A DNA stretch of 64,000 bases from Candidatus Latescibacterota bacterium (GTDB lineage: Bacteria; Krumholzibacteriota; Krumholzibacteriia; WVZY01; JAKEHA01): positions 3,072,001 through 3,136,000 of the forward strand of contig OY970173.1 of NCBI GenBank assembly GCA_963707635.1. Reading direction: 5' to 3'. Shown piece by piece: positions 31,548 through 46,755 of the stretch. Both the position numbers and the translations under genes were made by a program. The notes beneath the pieces were generated by a model. The model made no database searches and was not told the DNA's origin. It saw nothing but the letters and a program-made list of their open reading frames with translations. Numbering within the stretch: position 1 is the first letter of the stretch; each line of letters starts with the position of its first letter.

Positions 31548-31943
31548 ATGTCGACGAGTCGCCGCCTGCTTTCCCGTGTCGCTGTCGCCGTGCTGATGGC
31601 GGCGTCCATGCTGCCGTCCGGCTGGGTGTTCTGCGTGCAGGCCAGCGGCACCGTCGAGGTCGAGTACACGTCCGGCCGCTGTTGCACCGTCACCCAGGCG
31701 GTGGCCGGAGAAGCGGTGGCCGCGTCGTCCGTCGACGCGTGCGAAGGCTGCCAGGACATCGCCCTCGAGTGCTCCGCGCACCGCAAGGAGGGCTTCGAAC
31801 CGGCCGCCGCCACGGCACCGGCGGTGTGCGCGTCGCCGTTCGTTTGCCCCGCCAGCCGGGTTGAATTGTCCCCGTCCGCCTCCCCGACGATACTCGTCTG
31901 TCCGACGCTCTACCGTCTCTCCTCCGTCGTCATTCGCTGCTGA
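31548..31943 (+). CDS. Small Cys-rich hypothetical protein leading the metal-efflux operon (CzcI/DUF2946-like position)
   Basis: Signal-like N-terminus, 'VFC...G.VEVE...CC', 'CEGCQD', ends 'SVVIRC'. Confidence 0.55.
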   Translation: MSTSRRLLSRVAVAVLMAASMLPSGWVFCVQASGTVEVEYTSGRCCTVTQAVAGEAVAASSVDACEGCQDIALECSAHRKEGFEPAAATAPAVCASPFVCPASRVELSPSASPTILVCPTLYRLSSVVIRC

Positions 31944-32031
31944 CCCTCTCGGCGGCCGCCCGGCCGCTCACTCGTGACCCGCGCATTCGCGCGGGGCGTT
32001 CCCGCTTGCTCATGTTCGCGGAGGATCAGCG

Positions 32032-33339
32032 ATGCGCTTCCTGCATCTGTTCGTTGTTTCGATGCTATTTACCGGGGTCACGCCGGCGACCGGATGGCCC
32101 GGCTCCGCCCGGACCGCCTTCGACGACGCGCTCCGCCGATCGGCGTCGCATGCGCCGGCGGACACGCTGACGTTTGACGAGGTGCTGACGCGAGTCGCGC
32201 GCACGTACCCCGCGTTCGGCGTGGCGGCTGCCCGCATCGAGGCGGCGCAGAACGGGGTGACCCAGGCGCGCGCGAGGCCGAATCCGTGGCTGCACATGGC
32301 CGCCGAGAACGTGGGCGGCACCTATTCGGGTTTCGACGCGTCGGAGCTGTCCGTCCTGTTGTCGCAGGAATTCGAGCTGGGCGGGAAGCGTTCGGCGCGA
32401 ACGACGGCCGCGGAGGCGGCGTCCGCGGCCGCCGGACTCGAGGCCGACCTCGCGATTCTCGACGTCTACCTCGCCGCGAAGCAACGCTTCTCGACCGCCG
32501 CGCATGCGGACGAGCGGCTGCGACTCGCGCACGCGCACGAGTCGGTGGTCGCGGAGCTTGCGGCCGCCGCCCGCGACCGCGTCCGCGCGGGGGCGGCGCT
32601 CTTGGCGGACCCGCTGCTGGCGGACGTCGCCCTGGTGCGCGTGCGCCAGGAGGCCCGTCTGGCCGAGATGGAGCGAACGCGCGCGCGACGCGATCTCGCC
32701 GCGCTCTGGGGCGAGCCCGACGGCGTCTCCGAGCCCATCGAGGCGCTCGCGCTGCCCGAACGCCTGCCCGAAGCGGACTCGATCGCCGCGTGGGTCGGTG
32801 GCAGCGCGGCGGTGACGCGGGCGCGCCGGGCGACCGCGACATCCGAGGCCGGGCTCCATCTCGAGCGAAGCCTTCGCGTTCCCACCCTCACCGCCGGCGC
32901 GGGGGTGCGGCGCGTCGAAACCGACGGCGCGACCACGTTTCTGTTCTCCGCAACCCTTCCCCTTCCCCTCTGGGACCGCCGCGACGGAGCGATCCACTCC
33001 GCGCAGGCGCAGGTGCGCGCGGCCGAGCTCGAGATCGAGCTCGCTCGCTCCGTCACGCGCAGCCAGTTGGAATCCGGGCTCAACCGAATGTCGGCCATGC
33101 TCGAGCGGCTGCGCGAAGCGAACGAAAGCACACTCCCGACCTTGCAGTCGGCCTCACGCGAGATGGAAACGGCGTACCGCATCGGCCGGGCGAGCTATGC
33201 GGACCTGCTGGAGGTCCACCGGATGCGGATCGAGATCGAGAACGAGATCAACGACCTGCACCTGGCGATCGTCCACGAGGTGAGCGAGATCGAGCGCCTG
33301 GCGGCGCGCACGATCGAGGAGACGATGAGCGATGAATAG
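32032..33339 (+). CDS. czcC: TolC/CzcC family outer-membrane efflux protein
   Basis: 'QARARPNP', 'SQEFELGGKRSAR', 'LPLPLWDR', 'YRIGRASYADLL'. Confidence 0.85.
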   Translation: MRFLHLFVVSMLFTGVTPATGWPGSARTAFDDALRRSASHAPADTLTFDEVLTRVARTYPAFGVAAARIEAAQNGVTQARARPNPWLHMAAENVGGTYSGFDASELSVLLSQEFELGGKRSARTTAAEAASAAAGLEADLAILDVYLAAKQRFSTAAHADERLRLAHAHESVVAELAAAARDRVRAGAALLADPLLADVALVRVRQEARLAEMERTRARRDLAALWGEPDGVSEPIEALALPERLPEADSIAAWVGGSAAVTRARRATATSEAGLHLERSLRVPTLTAGAGVRRVETDGATTFLFSATLPLPLWDRRDGAIHSAQAQVRAAELEIELARSVTRSQLESGLNRMSAMLERLREANESTLPTLQSASREMETAYRIGRASYADLLEVHRMRIEIENEINDLHLAIVHEVSEIERLAARTIEETMSDE

Positions 33340-34297
33340 ACGATGGGTCGCGGCACTCGGCTTCGTGCTGCTGACTACGCCGCAGTGCGCCCCCGACGAT
33401 GCCGCGCGGGACACGGGTGGCGCGCACGGCCACCAGGCCGAGACAAGCCACCCACACGAACACGAGGCGTCGCCCGGTCTCGGGTCCGTGACGATGATGC
33501 CGGAGACGCTGGCGGCGAATCACGTGGAGATCCGGCGGTCGGGGCCGGGCCCGGTCCGTACCGAGATCGAGCTTCCCGGCGAGATCCGGCTCAACGCAGA
33601 CCGCGTCGCGCACGTCGTCCCACGCTTTCCCGGCGTCATTCAGGAGGTGACCGGGCGCCTCGGCGACCGCGTGCACGCCGGCGACGTCCTGGCCGTGGTG
33701 CAGAGCAACGTGAGCGCCGCGCCCTACCCGGTCACGGCGATGATCGACGGCACGATCATTCAGAAGCACGTGACCCTCGGCGAATTCGTGCGCGACGACG
33801 CGGACATCTTCGTGGTCGCGGACCTCTCCGACGTGTGGGTGAACGTCAGCGTCTACGCCCGGTTTCTTGCCGAAGTGAAGCCCGGCCAGGCGGTGCGCAT
33901 CACCTCGCCGGGCGTCGGCGAGTCCGCCGCCGGGGTCATCGACTACGTCGGTCCGCTGGTCGGCGAGAGCACGCGCACCGGCGTGGCGCGCATGGTGTTG
34001 CCCAACCCGAAGGGCATCTGGCAGCCGGGCCTGTTCGTGACCGCCCACATCACCGTCGGCGAGCTGGAGGCGCCGGTCGCGGTACCCGACGCGGCGATCC
34101 AGACCGTCGAGGGACGCGAGGTCGTGTTTGTGCGTTCCGGCAACACCTTCACGGCGCGTCCCGTCACGACCGGACGGCGCGGCGTGGACCTGGTCGAGAT
34201 CACGGACGGACTCGCGCGCGGAGAGGACTACGTCGCCGGGGGAAGTTTCATCTTCAAGGCCGAGTTCGGGAAGTCCGAAGCCGGCCACGAGCACTAG
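33332..34297 (+). CDS. czcB: CzcB family periplasmic adaptor (MFP)
   Basis: His-rich N-terminus, 'HVVPRFPG', 'VADLSDVWV', 'WQPGLFV', ends 'KSEAGHEH'. Confidence 0.9.
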   Translation: MNRRWVAALGFVLLTTPQCAPDDAARDTGGAHGHQAETSHPHEHEASPGLGSVTMMPETLAANHVEIRRSGPGPVRTEIELPGEIRLNADRVAHVVPRFPGVIQEVTGRLGDRVHAGDVLAVVQSNVSAAPYPVTAMIDGTIIQKHVTLGEFVRDDADIFVVADLSDVWVNVSVYARFLAEVKPGQAVRITSPGVGESAAGVIDYVGPLVGESTRTGVARMVLPNPKGIWQPGLFVTAHITVGELEAPVAVPDAAIQTVEGREVVFVRSGNTFTARPVTTGRRGVDLVEITDGLARGEDYVAGGSFIFKAEFGKSEAGHEH

Positions 34298-34306
34298 GAG
34301 GCGACG

Positions 34307-37516
<3,210 letters not shown>

Positions 37517-37565
37517 GCAAGGGCTTGTCCTAAGGCCGCCGCCAACATTCCGGGAGCATTCCACC

Positions 37566-39917
37566 ATGGCTGTCGAACCCCAGGTCAAACTCGAGCACCT
37601 GCTCCGCACACAGTCCGAGCACTTCCCGCACTGGGAGAAGATCAAGGACTGCATCGATCAGTACATCGATCTGATGCTCAACTATCGCCAGAGCGGACAT
37701 CCGGGCGGGTCGCGCTCGAAGGTGCACGCGATGGTGTCTCTACTGATGAGCGGCGCGATGCGCTGGGACATCCGCCACCCCGAGAAACGCTTCGGCGATC
37801 GTTTCGCGCTGGTCGCGGGACACACGGTGCCGCTCATCTACGCGACCCTCCCCACGCTCGCGGAACCCTTCCGCCTCAAGTACGAACGCACGAAGGACCA
37901 GCGCTACTTCATCCCCGACGACCGCATGGTGTGGTGGGAAGACCTTCTGAAACTGCGGCGCAACCACGGGCTCCCCGGCCACGCCGAGATGGAGGGCAAG
38001 ACGCTCTTCGTCAAGGCCAACACCGGCCCCTCGGGTCACGGCTCCCCGCCGGCGGCGGGTCAGGCGCTGGCGCTCAAGCGCGCCGGAGCCGACGGGGTGA
38101 AGGTGTTCGCGTTCGAAGGCGAAGGCGGCCTCACGCCGGGCGCGGCGCACGAGACCATGAACTCGGCGTACGGGCTGGGCCTCACCAATTTCCACTACGT
38201 GATCGACTGGAACGACTTCGGCATCGACGACGTCGCCTACAGCCACTTCCTGTACGGGAGCCCGCGCGAGTGGTTCGGCGCCCACGGGTGGCGGGTGGTG
38301 GAAGCGAAGGACGGCTCGGAGTGGGAATCGGTGACCCGCGCGATGATCGACATGGTGTCCGGCGCCAATCCGGAGAATCGCCCGAGCATGATGTTCATGC
38401 GCACGCGCAAGGGTCGCGAGTACGGCAAGTACGACAACAAGTCGCACGGCACGCCGCACCCGATGAACCACGAGCTGTTCTGGGAAACGAAAAAGCGGTT
38501 CATGGACAAATACGGGGTGTCGTTCCAGGGCTTCGGCGAGCCCGCGCCAAAGGAAGCGGCGGAGATCGCCGCGCAGGCGCACGCGAATCTCAAGGTCGTG
38601 GCCGACGTCATCCGCTCCGACGGCGCGCTCGTCGACTACGTCACCGAACGCCTGCTCGAAATCGGCGAGTCGGTGCCGGCGGAGATTCCGTCCTTCAAGC
38701 TGGACGTCTCCCGAAATCCTACTGCAGACAACCGCCTTTATGACTTCCAGCAATATCCACCCGAGATGTGGGCGAAGCCGGGCGACAAGCAGCCCAACCG
38801 CGCCGCGCTCGCCAAATGGGGCGCGTGGGTGAACGCGTGGAGCCAGAAGCACTACGGGCGTCCGCTGTTCATCGCGATGAGCGCCGACCTCGCGGACTCG
38901 ACCAACATCTCCGGCTTCGCGAAGGACTGGGGCGAGCAGAAGGGGCTAGGGTGGTTCAACCGCGAAAAGAATCTCGACGGCGTGCTGCTCCCGCAGGGCA
39001 TCACCGAGTTCACGAACTCCGGCATCACGACCGGGATCGCGAGCGTCAACTTCTCGCGCACGCCCTACGAGGACTTCAACGGCTTCTACGCCACCTGCTC
39101 CACCTACGGGTCGTTCGTGTACTTGAAGTACGGACCCATGCGGCTGTTCAGCCAGCTCGCGCAGGACTCGCAGATCAAAGTCGGCAAGGTGTTGTGGATC
39201 GCCGGGCACAGCGGCCCGGAAACCGCGGAGGACTCGCGCACCCACTTCGGCATCTTCGCGCCCGGGGTGACCCAGCTCTTTCCCGACGGCCACGTGATCG
39301 ACGTCCACCCGTGGGAGTACAACGAGGTGCCGGTGGTGATCGCGGCGGCGCTGCGCACCAGCGCGCCGATCGTCGCCCTCCACCTGACCCGTCCCGCGAT
39401 CGAGATCCCCGACCGCGCGAAGCTCGGCATGGCGTCCCACTTCGACGCGTCGCGCGGCGCATACGTGATTCGCCCCTACCGCGTGGGCCAGCAACGGATG
39501 GGGGTCGTCGTCGTGCAGGGCACCTCGACCACCAATAACGTGGTCAAGCTTCTGCCCGCGCTGGACGAAGAAGGACTCAACGTGAAGATCGTCGCGGCCA
39601 TCAGCCCGCAGCTCTTCGCGCTGCAGGATGCCGCCTACCGCGATTCGGTCTTCCCCGCGCACGAGCGCCTGGACGCGATGGCGATCACCAATCGCGCCCG
39701 CCGGCTGATGGTGGACTGGGTCGACGCCGGCGTCACCGGCGAGTACTGGTTGAGCAGCGACTGGGACAATCGCTGGCGGACGGGCGGGTCGGTGGACGAA
39801 GTGATCGAGGAGGCGCACCTCTCGCCCAGGTGGATACTGGAAGGGATTCGCCGCTTCGCGAAGGAGCGCCCGCAGAGGCTCCGGCGGACGAAGGAACTGC
39901 TGGGCCGGCTGGAATAG
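37566..39917 (+). CDS. Transketolase-like ThDP-dependent enzyme (single chain, divergent)
   Basis: 'SGHPGGS', 'DRF...AGH', 'LPGHAE', 'NTGPSGHG', 'GEGG...DWN', 'SADLADST', 'HSGPETAEDSRTH'. Confidence 0.85.
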   Translation: MAVEPQVKLEHLLRTQSEHFPHWEKIKDCIDQYIDLMLNYRQSGHPGGSRSKVHAMVSLLMSGAMRWDIRHPEKRFGDRFALVAGHTVPLIYATLPTLAEPFRLKYERTKDQRYFIPDDRMVWWEDLLKLRRNHGLPGHAEMEGKTLFVKANTGPSGHGSPPAAGQALALKRAGADGVKVFAFEGEGGLTPGAAHETMNSAYGLGLTNFHYVIDWNDFGIDDVAYSHFLYGSPREWFGAHGWRVVEAKDGSEWESVTRAMIDMVSGANPENRPSMMFMRTRKGREYGKYDNKSHGTPHPMNHELFWETKKRFMDKYGVSFQGFGEPAPKEAAEIAAQAHANLKVVADVIRSDGALVDYVTERLLEIGESVPAEIPSFKLDVSRNPTADNRLYDFQQYPPEMWAKPGDKQPNRAALAKWGAWVNAWSQKHYGRPLFIAMSADLADSTNISGFAKDWGEQKGLGWFNREKNLDGVLLPQGITEFTNSGITTGIASVNFSRTPYEDFNGFYATCSTYGSFVYLKYGPMRLFSQLAQDSQIKVGKVLWIAGHSGPETAEDSRTHFGIFAPGVTQLFPDGHVIDVHPWEYNEVPVVIAAALRTSAPIVALHLTRPAIEIPDRAKLGMASHFDASRGAYVIRPYRVGQQRMGVVVVQGTSTTNNVVKLLPALDEEGLNVKIVAAISPQLFALQDAAYRDSVFPAHERLDAMAITNRARRLMVDWVDAGVTGEYWLSSDWDNRWRTGGSVDEVIEEAHLSPRWILEGIRRFAKERPQRLRRTKELLGRLE

Positions 39918-39918
39918 C

Positions 39919-40950
39919 CTAGGCGGCGCTGACCGTCTCTTCGCGAATCAGCCGCGACGCCTTCGCCACCAGCGACTCGAGGAAACGGCGGTCGTCCTCG
40001 GAGAAGGCGTCGAGCGTGTCGCTGTCGATGTCCAGCACGCCGATCGCCTTCCCGTGGTCGAAGATGGGCACCACGATCTCCGACTTCACACTCGGGCTGC
40101 ACGCGAGGTAACGATCGTCCGCGCACACGTCGGGGACCACGATGGTCTGCAGTTCACGCGCCGCGGCGCCGCACACGCCCGCGGTGAGCGCGATGGTGCG
40201 GTGCTCGGGGGCGGGCCCCACGTACTCGGACGGGTCGAGGGTCAGCGTCTCTCCGTGCAGCCGGTATATTCCCACCCACGAGTAGCGCTCGAAGCGAGCC
40301 TTGAGCTCGCGGACCAGAGCCGTCGCCGCGCCCCGCGACCCCTGCGCCACCCGGATCGTGCGGAGGATCTCGTTCTCGACGTCGGTCGAGAGGGCGCCGG
40401 CGTCGAAATGATTCGACCGCGCCGGCATCTCATCGGCCGGTGCCGGCGCCTCACGCCTTCGAATATCGCGCTTCATCAGCACGAACCCGGCCAGCACCAG
40501 CACCAGCGGCCAGAAGCGAATGAACGGCTCGGCGACCCGCGTGCTGATGACCCCCGTCTCGTAGAGAAAGCTGGCCGCGGCGAGCGCGAATACCATCGCG
40601 CCGACGATGATGCCGGAGTTGCCGGGCGGGCAGCTCGCGCCGGCGGTGATGAAGGAAGCACCGATGATCATCGGCATCACCGGCCACAGCACCGCCATGC
40701 GCCCCCATTCGACCAGCCCGCAGGCGAACGCGGTCAGAAACAGTCCCAGCAGAATCGCCCACGTGCCGGCGAACACCACCCCGAAGTTGAGCCGGCCTTG
40801 AAACACACGAAGCAGCACGACCCCGCTCGCCGTGATGACGAGCGGCCACAGGTTCTCCCAGCCGAGCAGGACGTGGTTGCTGACGAGCGAGAGCAGCACG
40901 CCCCAGAGCACGAGCCACCACCCCATGAGATGCCGGTTGCGCTGCTTCAC
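39919..40950 (-). CDS. Fusion of a DUF5668/LiaF-like membrane domain and a GAF domain resembling free Met-R-sulfoxide reductase
   Basis: Repeated 'LWP' TM hairpins; 'SWVGIY', 'GVCGAAA', 'VPDV...YLAC...KSEIVVP', 'GVLDIDS'; GTG 40950. Confidence 0.75.
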   Translation of the reverse strand: MKQRNRHLMGWWLVLWGVLLSLVSNHVLLGWENLWPLVITASGVVLLRVFQGRLNFGVVFAGTWAILLGLFLTAFACGLVEWGRMAVLWPVMPMIIGASFITAGASCPPGNSGIIVGAMVFALAAASFLYETGVISTRVAEPFIRFWPLVLVLAGFVLMKRDIRRREAPAPADEMPARSNHFDAGALSTDVENEILRTIRVAQGSRGAATALVRELKARFERYSWVGIYRLHGETLTLDPSEYVGPAPEHRTIALTAGVCGAAARELQTIVVPDVCADDRYLACSPSVKSEIVVPIFDHGKAIGVLDIDSDTLDAFSEDDRRFLESLVAKASRLIREETVSAA

Positions 40951-41130
40951 GCGTCCATAATACGGGACCCGCCCGGCGCGCGCAACGGTTGGTGACGCCC
41001 GGCCGGGCCGCTTTCCGCCCACTGCCTCCGCGCCCGCCTTGACGCGCCCCCGCCGATCCGATAGATTCTCCCGGACGGCGGGCCCGAAGCCCGCCGAACT
41101 CATATCTTCACGACCTCGGAGGATGACTGA

Positions 41131-41739
41131 ATGAAACGGCTGACCGTACTCATCGGGGCAATGGCGGCGCTCCTTGCCCTGGCCGTCGGGATGGCGGGTG
41201 CCCAAACCAAGAAGGTGAATCCAGTGGTGGTCCTAGAGACGTCGAAGGGGAATATCGAGATCGAACTCAACCCGGACAAGGCGCCGGTGACGGTGGCCAA
41301 CTTCCTCTGGTACGTGGACAACAAGTTCTTCGACGGCCTGATCTTCCACCGGGTGATCGCCGGTTTCATGATCCAGGGCGGTGGCTTCACGCCCGAGATG
41401 TCACAGAAGAGCGGCAAGCCGGCCATCGAGAACGAAGCGGGCAACGGCCTCACCAATGACAAGTACACCATCGCCATGGCGCGCACCAACGTGGTCAACA
41501 GCGCCACCTCGCAGTTCTTCATTAATGTGGCCGACAACGCGTTTCTGAACCACAAGAACGAAACGCCGCAGGGCTTCGGCTACTGCGTGTTCGGCAAGGT
41601 CGTGAAGGGCATGGACGTGGTGGACGCGATCGGCAAGGTCAAGACCGGGACGAAGAACGGCATGAACGACGTGCCCGTCGAAGTCGTGTCGATCAAGAAG
41701 GCCTACCGCAAGGAAGCCGCCGCTACTCCCAAGAAGTAG
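41131..41739 (+). CDS. ppiA: Periplasmic cyclophilin-type peptidyl-prolyl isomerase
   Basis: Signal peptide, 'FHRVIAGFMIQGGG', 'AMART', 'SATSQFFIN', 'GYCVFGKV'. Confidence 0.93.
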   Translation: MKRLTVLIGAMAALLALAVGMAGAQTKKVNPVVVLETSKGNIEIELNPDKAPVTVANFLWYVDNKFFDGLIFHRVIAGFMIQGGGFTPEMSQKSGKPAIENEAGNGLTNDKYTIAMARTNVVNSATSQFFINVADNAFLNHKNETPQGFGYCVFGKVVKGMDVVDAIGKVKTGTKNGMNDVPVEVVSIKKAYRKEAAATPKK

Positions 41740-41747
41740 CGCCTAAA

Positions 41748-41813
41748 GCGGGTGGCATCGAGACGGGGCCCCGCGGACGAAGTCCCGCGGGGTGGCGAGA
41801 TGACAGGCCCCGC
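41748..41813. repeat. Structured intergenic dispersed repeat, copy B (degenerate third unit at 41822-41856)
   Basis: Matches 16664-16730. Confidence 0.8.
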
Positions 41814-41867
41814 GTAGTTGAGCGAGTCGCCCCGGGCTGCCGGCGACAGGACCCGCGAAGTTTCTAC

Positions 41868-41897
41868 GAAGGCCGCGCCGGAAACGGCGCGGCCTTC
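41868..41897. terminator. 13-bp perfect hairpin with GAAA loop between convergent genes
   Basis: GAAGGCCGCGCCG-GAAA-CGGCGCGGCCTTC; no clear U tract. Confidence 0.55.
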
Positions 41898-42270
41898 ATG
41901 ATTTCCTGCCCCGGCCGGGTTCGGTCTCCTCGCCGTCGAAGTTGAGATGGTGGAGCACCCGGTGCGCCACCGGCGCCAGGAAGACGCCGGCCGTCGCGAT
42001 GAACACCAGCCCCGCATAGAGCGCGAAGAAACTGGCGAAGAGCTTCCCGCCCGGCGACTGCGGCGCGTTGACCGGCCCCATGCCCCCCAGCAGCATGGTG
42101 GTATTGAGGAGCGCGTCGCGCCAGGGCAGGTGTTCGTAGTGTTCGTATCCGGCCATGCCAACCACGATCGACAGCGCGATGATCGCGGCCGCGAGGACGC
42201 CGTGGCGCAGCATGCGAATCAGGAATTCCCGGGTCGAGATCGGCTTGTGCGTCCTGTGCTCGTAGCGCAT
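41896..42270 (-). CDS. Small 2-TM ion-channel-like (Ion_trans_2-like) hypothetical protein
   Basis: TM-'W.DALLN..MLLGGMGP'-TM 'GKLFASFFALYAG'. Confidence 0.6.
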   Translation of the reverse strand: MRYEHRTHKPISTREFLIRMLRHGVLAAAIIALSIVVGMAGYEHYEHLPWRDALLNTTMLLGGMGPVNAPQSPGGKLFASFFALYAGLVFIATAGVFLAPVAHRVLHHLNFDGEETEPGRGRKS

Positions 42271-42272
42271 TT

Positions 42273-42578
42273 CTACTCCTTCGCGGCCAACGATTCAAAC
42301 ACACCGATGAAACGTTCGCGCTCCGTGAGCGCCCCGCACGCGTCGTCGATCTCGGCATACCGCCCGCGGTGCCGCTCCAGAAACGTCTCGTAGCCGGATC
42401 TCGACTCCCACCGGTCGACGGTCACGTAGCGGTTGGTGTCGCTGCGCAGCAGCTCCGTTCCGAGGTACCCCGCTCCCTCCCGGAAGAAGCGCATCCACAC
42501 GCCGTCCGGGCCGTACGCGGACTCGAACGCGGCGCGGTGTTCCTCCGCGATTTCGTAGGTCCAGATGATCACGAACAT
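42273..42578 (-). CDS. ABM (antibiotic biosynthesis monooxygenase) domain protein
   Basis: 'FESAYGPDG.W', 'GYLGTELL', 'YVTVDRWES'. Confidence 0.8.
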   Translation of the reverse strand: MFVIIWTYEIAEEHRAAFESAYGPDGVWMRFFREGAGYLGTELLRSDTNRYVTVDRWESRSGYETFLERHRGRYAEIDDACGALTERERFIGVFESLAAKE

Positions 42579-42583
42579 GGTGG

Positions 42584-44701
<2,118 letters not shown>

Positions 44702-44703
44702 TC

Positions 44704-46755
44704 ATGGCGAATCACCGCGACACACCGTCCTCCATGGAAGCGCCCCTGGTCGGCGAACTGGAGCGCCTCGGCCCCGACGGCCGCGACGCGCTCGTGATCG
44801 GGGTCGAGGCCCCCGGCTTCGACGCGCTCTCGCCGCGGGAGAAGCGCTTCGCATACCTGATGGTTCGGGCCGCCATCCCGGGGAACGCGATCGCGTTCGA
44901 TCAGAGCCATCGCGACGCCGGCGACATCGCGCGCCTGCTGGAAGCGTGTTTCACCCACGGCGAGGGGCTGGACGCCCCGGTGCGCGACGCAGTCCACGAG
45001 TATCTGAAACTGCTGTGGGTCCACCACGGACCGTACCACCATCACACCCACGCGAAGTTCATCCCGGCGGCGCTCACGGCGGAGATGCTCTCCGGCGCCG
45101 CGCACCACGCCGCCGCGCGCGGGGCGTCGCTCTCCACCCGCCCGGGCGAATCGGTCACGGCCCTGCTGGCGCGGCTCGAACGCTCCATTTTCGACCCGCG
45201 CTTCGAGCCGCTGCGAACCAACCAGTCGGCAGGGGCCGACATCGTGGCCACCAGCGCGGTCAATTATTACGACCCCGGCATCACGCGCGCGGAAATCGAC
45301 GCGCTGCCTCCCGAGTGGCGCGAGCGCGTCAACGTTCGCTTCGCGCGCCGCGAAGGACGCGTGGTCCCGGAAGTGTACCGCGTCGGCGGGGTTTATTCTC
45401 GCGAGCTGGAGGCGATCTCGCACTTCGTGCGCCTCGCGATGCCCGACGCCGAGTCCGACGAACAGCGGGCCGCGCTGCGCTCGCTCCTGGACTTCTACGC
45501 GACGGGCGACGAGACCCACTTCCGCGCCCACATGGTCCACTGGCTCCACAGCGACGCCCGTGTCGACTACCTCAACGGGTTCATCGAATCGTACATGGAC
45601 CCGCGCGCCGTGATCGGCCAGTTCGAGGCGAACGTGAGCGTGCGCGCGGGCGCCGGACTGATCGAGAAAATCGCCGCGAACGCCCCCTACTTCGAGGCGC
45701 GCATGCCGTGGCCCGACGTCTACAAGCGCGCCGGGGTGTCGGCGCCGGTGGCGACGATCGTCAACGTGCTGGTCGAGACCGGCGACGCCGGGCCGGTGTC
45801 GCCCGCGGCGTACAATCTTCCCAATTACAACGACATTCGCCGCGACCACGGGAGCAAGAACGTCATCCTCCAGAACATCGAGAACACGCGCACCGAGGGG
45901 CTGGAAGCGGTGGTCGTGAACGAATTCTTCCTGCCCGAGTACCGGGACGCGACCCTCGCGCTCACGCACACGCTGATTCGGCCCCTCAAGGTCTACCTGC
46001 ACGAGATCATCGGTCACGGCTCCGGGCGTCCGGACGCGTCACTCGGCGCGGATCCGCGCGCCACGCTGGGCCGGGTCTATTCCGCGCTCGAGGAGGCGCG
46101 GGCGGATCTGGTCGCGCTCTACCACATCGGCGACCCGCGGCTGGCCGAAATCGGCGCCTACGCGCCGTCGATGCGCCCGCTCGTGGTCGAGACCGCATTC
46201 GCGGGCTATCTACAGGGATGGCTGTCGCGCATGGACCACGTCGTGGGACACGAGGTGCGCGAGGCACACGACCGCGGTCACCACGCGATCCTGATGTGGC
46301 TGGTGCGCGGCGGTTACACCGGCGAGGACTACGGCGTCGAGGTCATCTCGGTGGACGGGGACTTCTTCGTGCGCGTGCGCGACGTCGAACGAACCCGCCG
46401 CGGCATCGGCGACCTGCTGTCGCGCTTGCAGGTGATCAAATCGACCGGCGACGGGACGGGCGCGAACGGCGTCTTCGACGAGTTCGGCACCCGGCTCGAC
46501 CCGGCCTGGAAGGCGAACATCGTGGCGCGGCGCGAAAAACTCAAGCTGCCGAAACTCAAGGCGTTCGTGTTCCCCCACCTGACACCGGTCATGCGCGGCG
46601 GCGAGATCGTGGACGTGAAGCTGGCGTACGACGAAGACCTGACCGCGCAGCAGCTCCGGTTCCGCAGGCTCGAGTGGAGTCTCCGCGTGGAGGATGACTG
46701 GCGGCCTACAGAAGCGACCCGCGCAGGATCAGCGCCGCGACCGAAAAGTAGATGA
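44704..46755 (+). CDS. Peptidase M49 (dipeptidyl-peptidase III family)
   Basis: 'LHEIIGHGSG' (HEXXGH), 'LEEARADLVALY', 'NGFIESY.DP', 'NLPN'. Confidence 0.9.
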   Translation: MANHRDTPSSMEAPLVGELERLGPDGRDALVIGVEAPGFDALSPREKRFAYLMVRAAIPGNAIAFDQSHRDAGDIARLLEACFTHGEGLDAPVRDAVHEYLKLLWVHHGPYHHHTHAKFIPAALTAEMLSGAAHHAAARGASLSTRPGESVTALLARLERSIFDPRFEPLRTNQSAGADIVATSAVNYYDPGITRAEIDALPPEWRERVNVRFARREGRVVPEVYRVGGVYSRELEAISHFVRLAMPDAESDEQRAALRSLLDFYATGDETHFRAHMVHWLHSDARVDYLNGFIESYMDPRAVIGQFEANVSVRAGAGLIEKIAANAPYFEARMPWPDVYKRAGVSAPVATIVNVLVETGDAGPVSPAAYNLPNYNDIRRDHGSKNVILQNIENTRTEGLEAVVVNEFFLPEYRDATLALTHTLIRPLKVYLHEIIGHGSGRPDASLGADPRATLGRVYSALEEARADLVALYHIGDPRLAEIGAYAPSMRPLVVETAFAGYLQGWLSRMDHVVGHEVREAHDRGHHAILMWLVRGGYTGEDYGVEVISVDGDFFVRVRDVERTRRGIGDLLSRLQVIKSTGDGTGANGVFDEFGTRLDPAWKANIVARREKLKLPKLKAFVFPHLTPVMRGGEIVDVKLAYDEDLTAQQLRFRRLEWSLRVEDDWRPTEATRAGSAPRPKSR

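Noticed and set aside
46706..46755. 50-bp convergent overlap of the M49 peptidase and mgtE 3' ends
   Set aside because: Low-complexity tail extension, common in GC-rich genomes, with no evidence of function.
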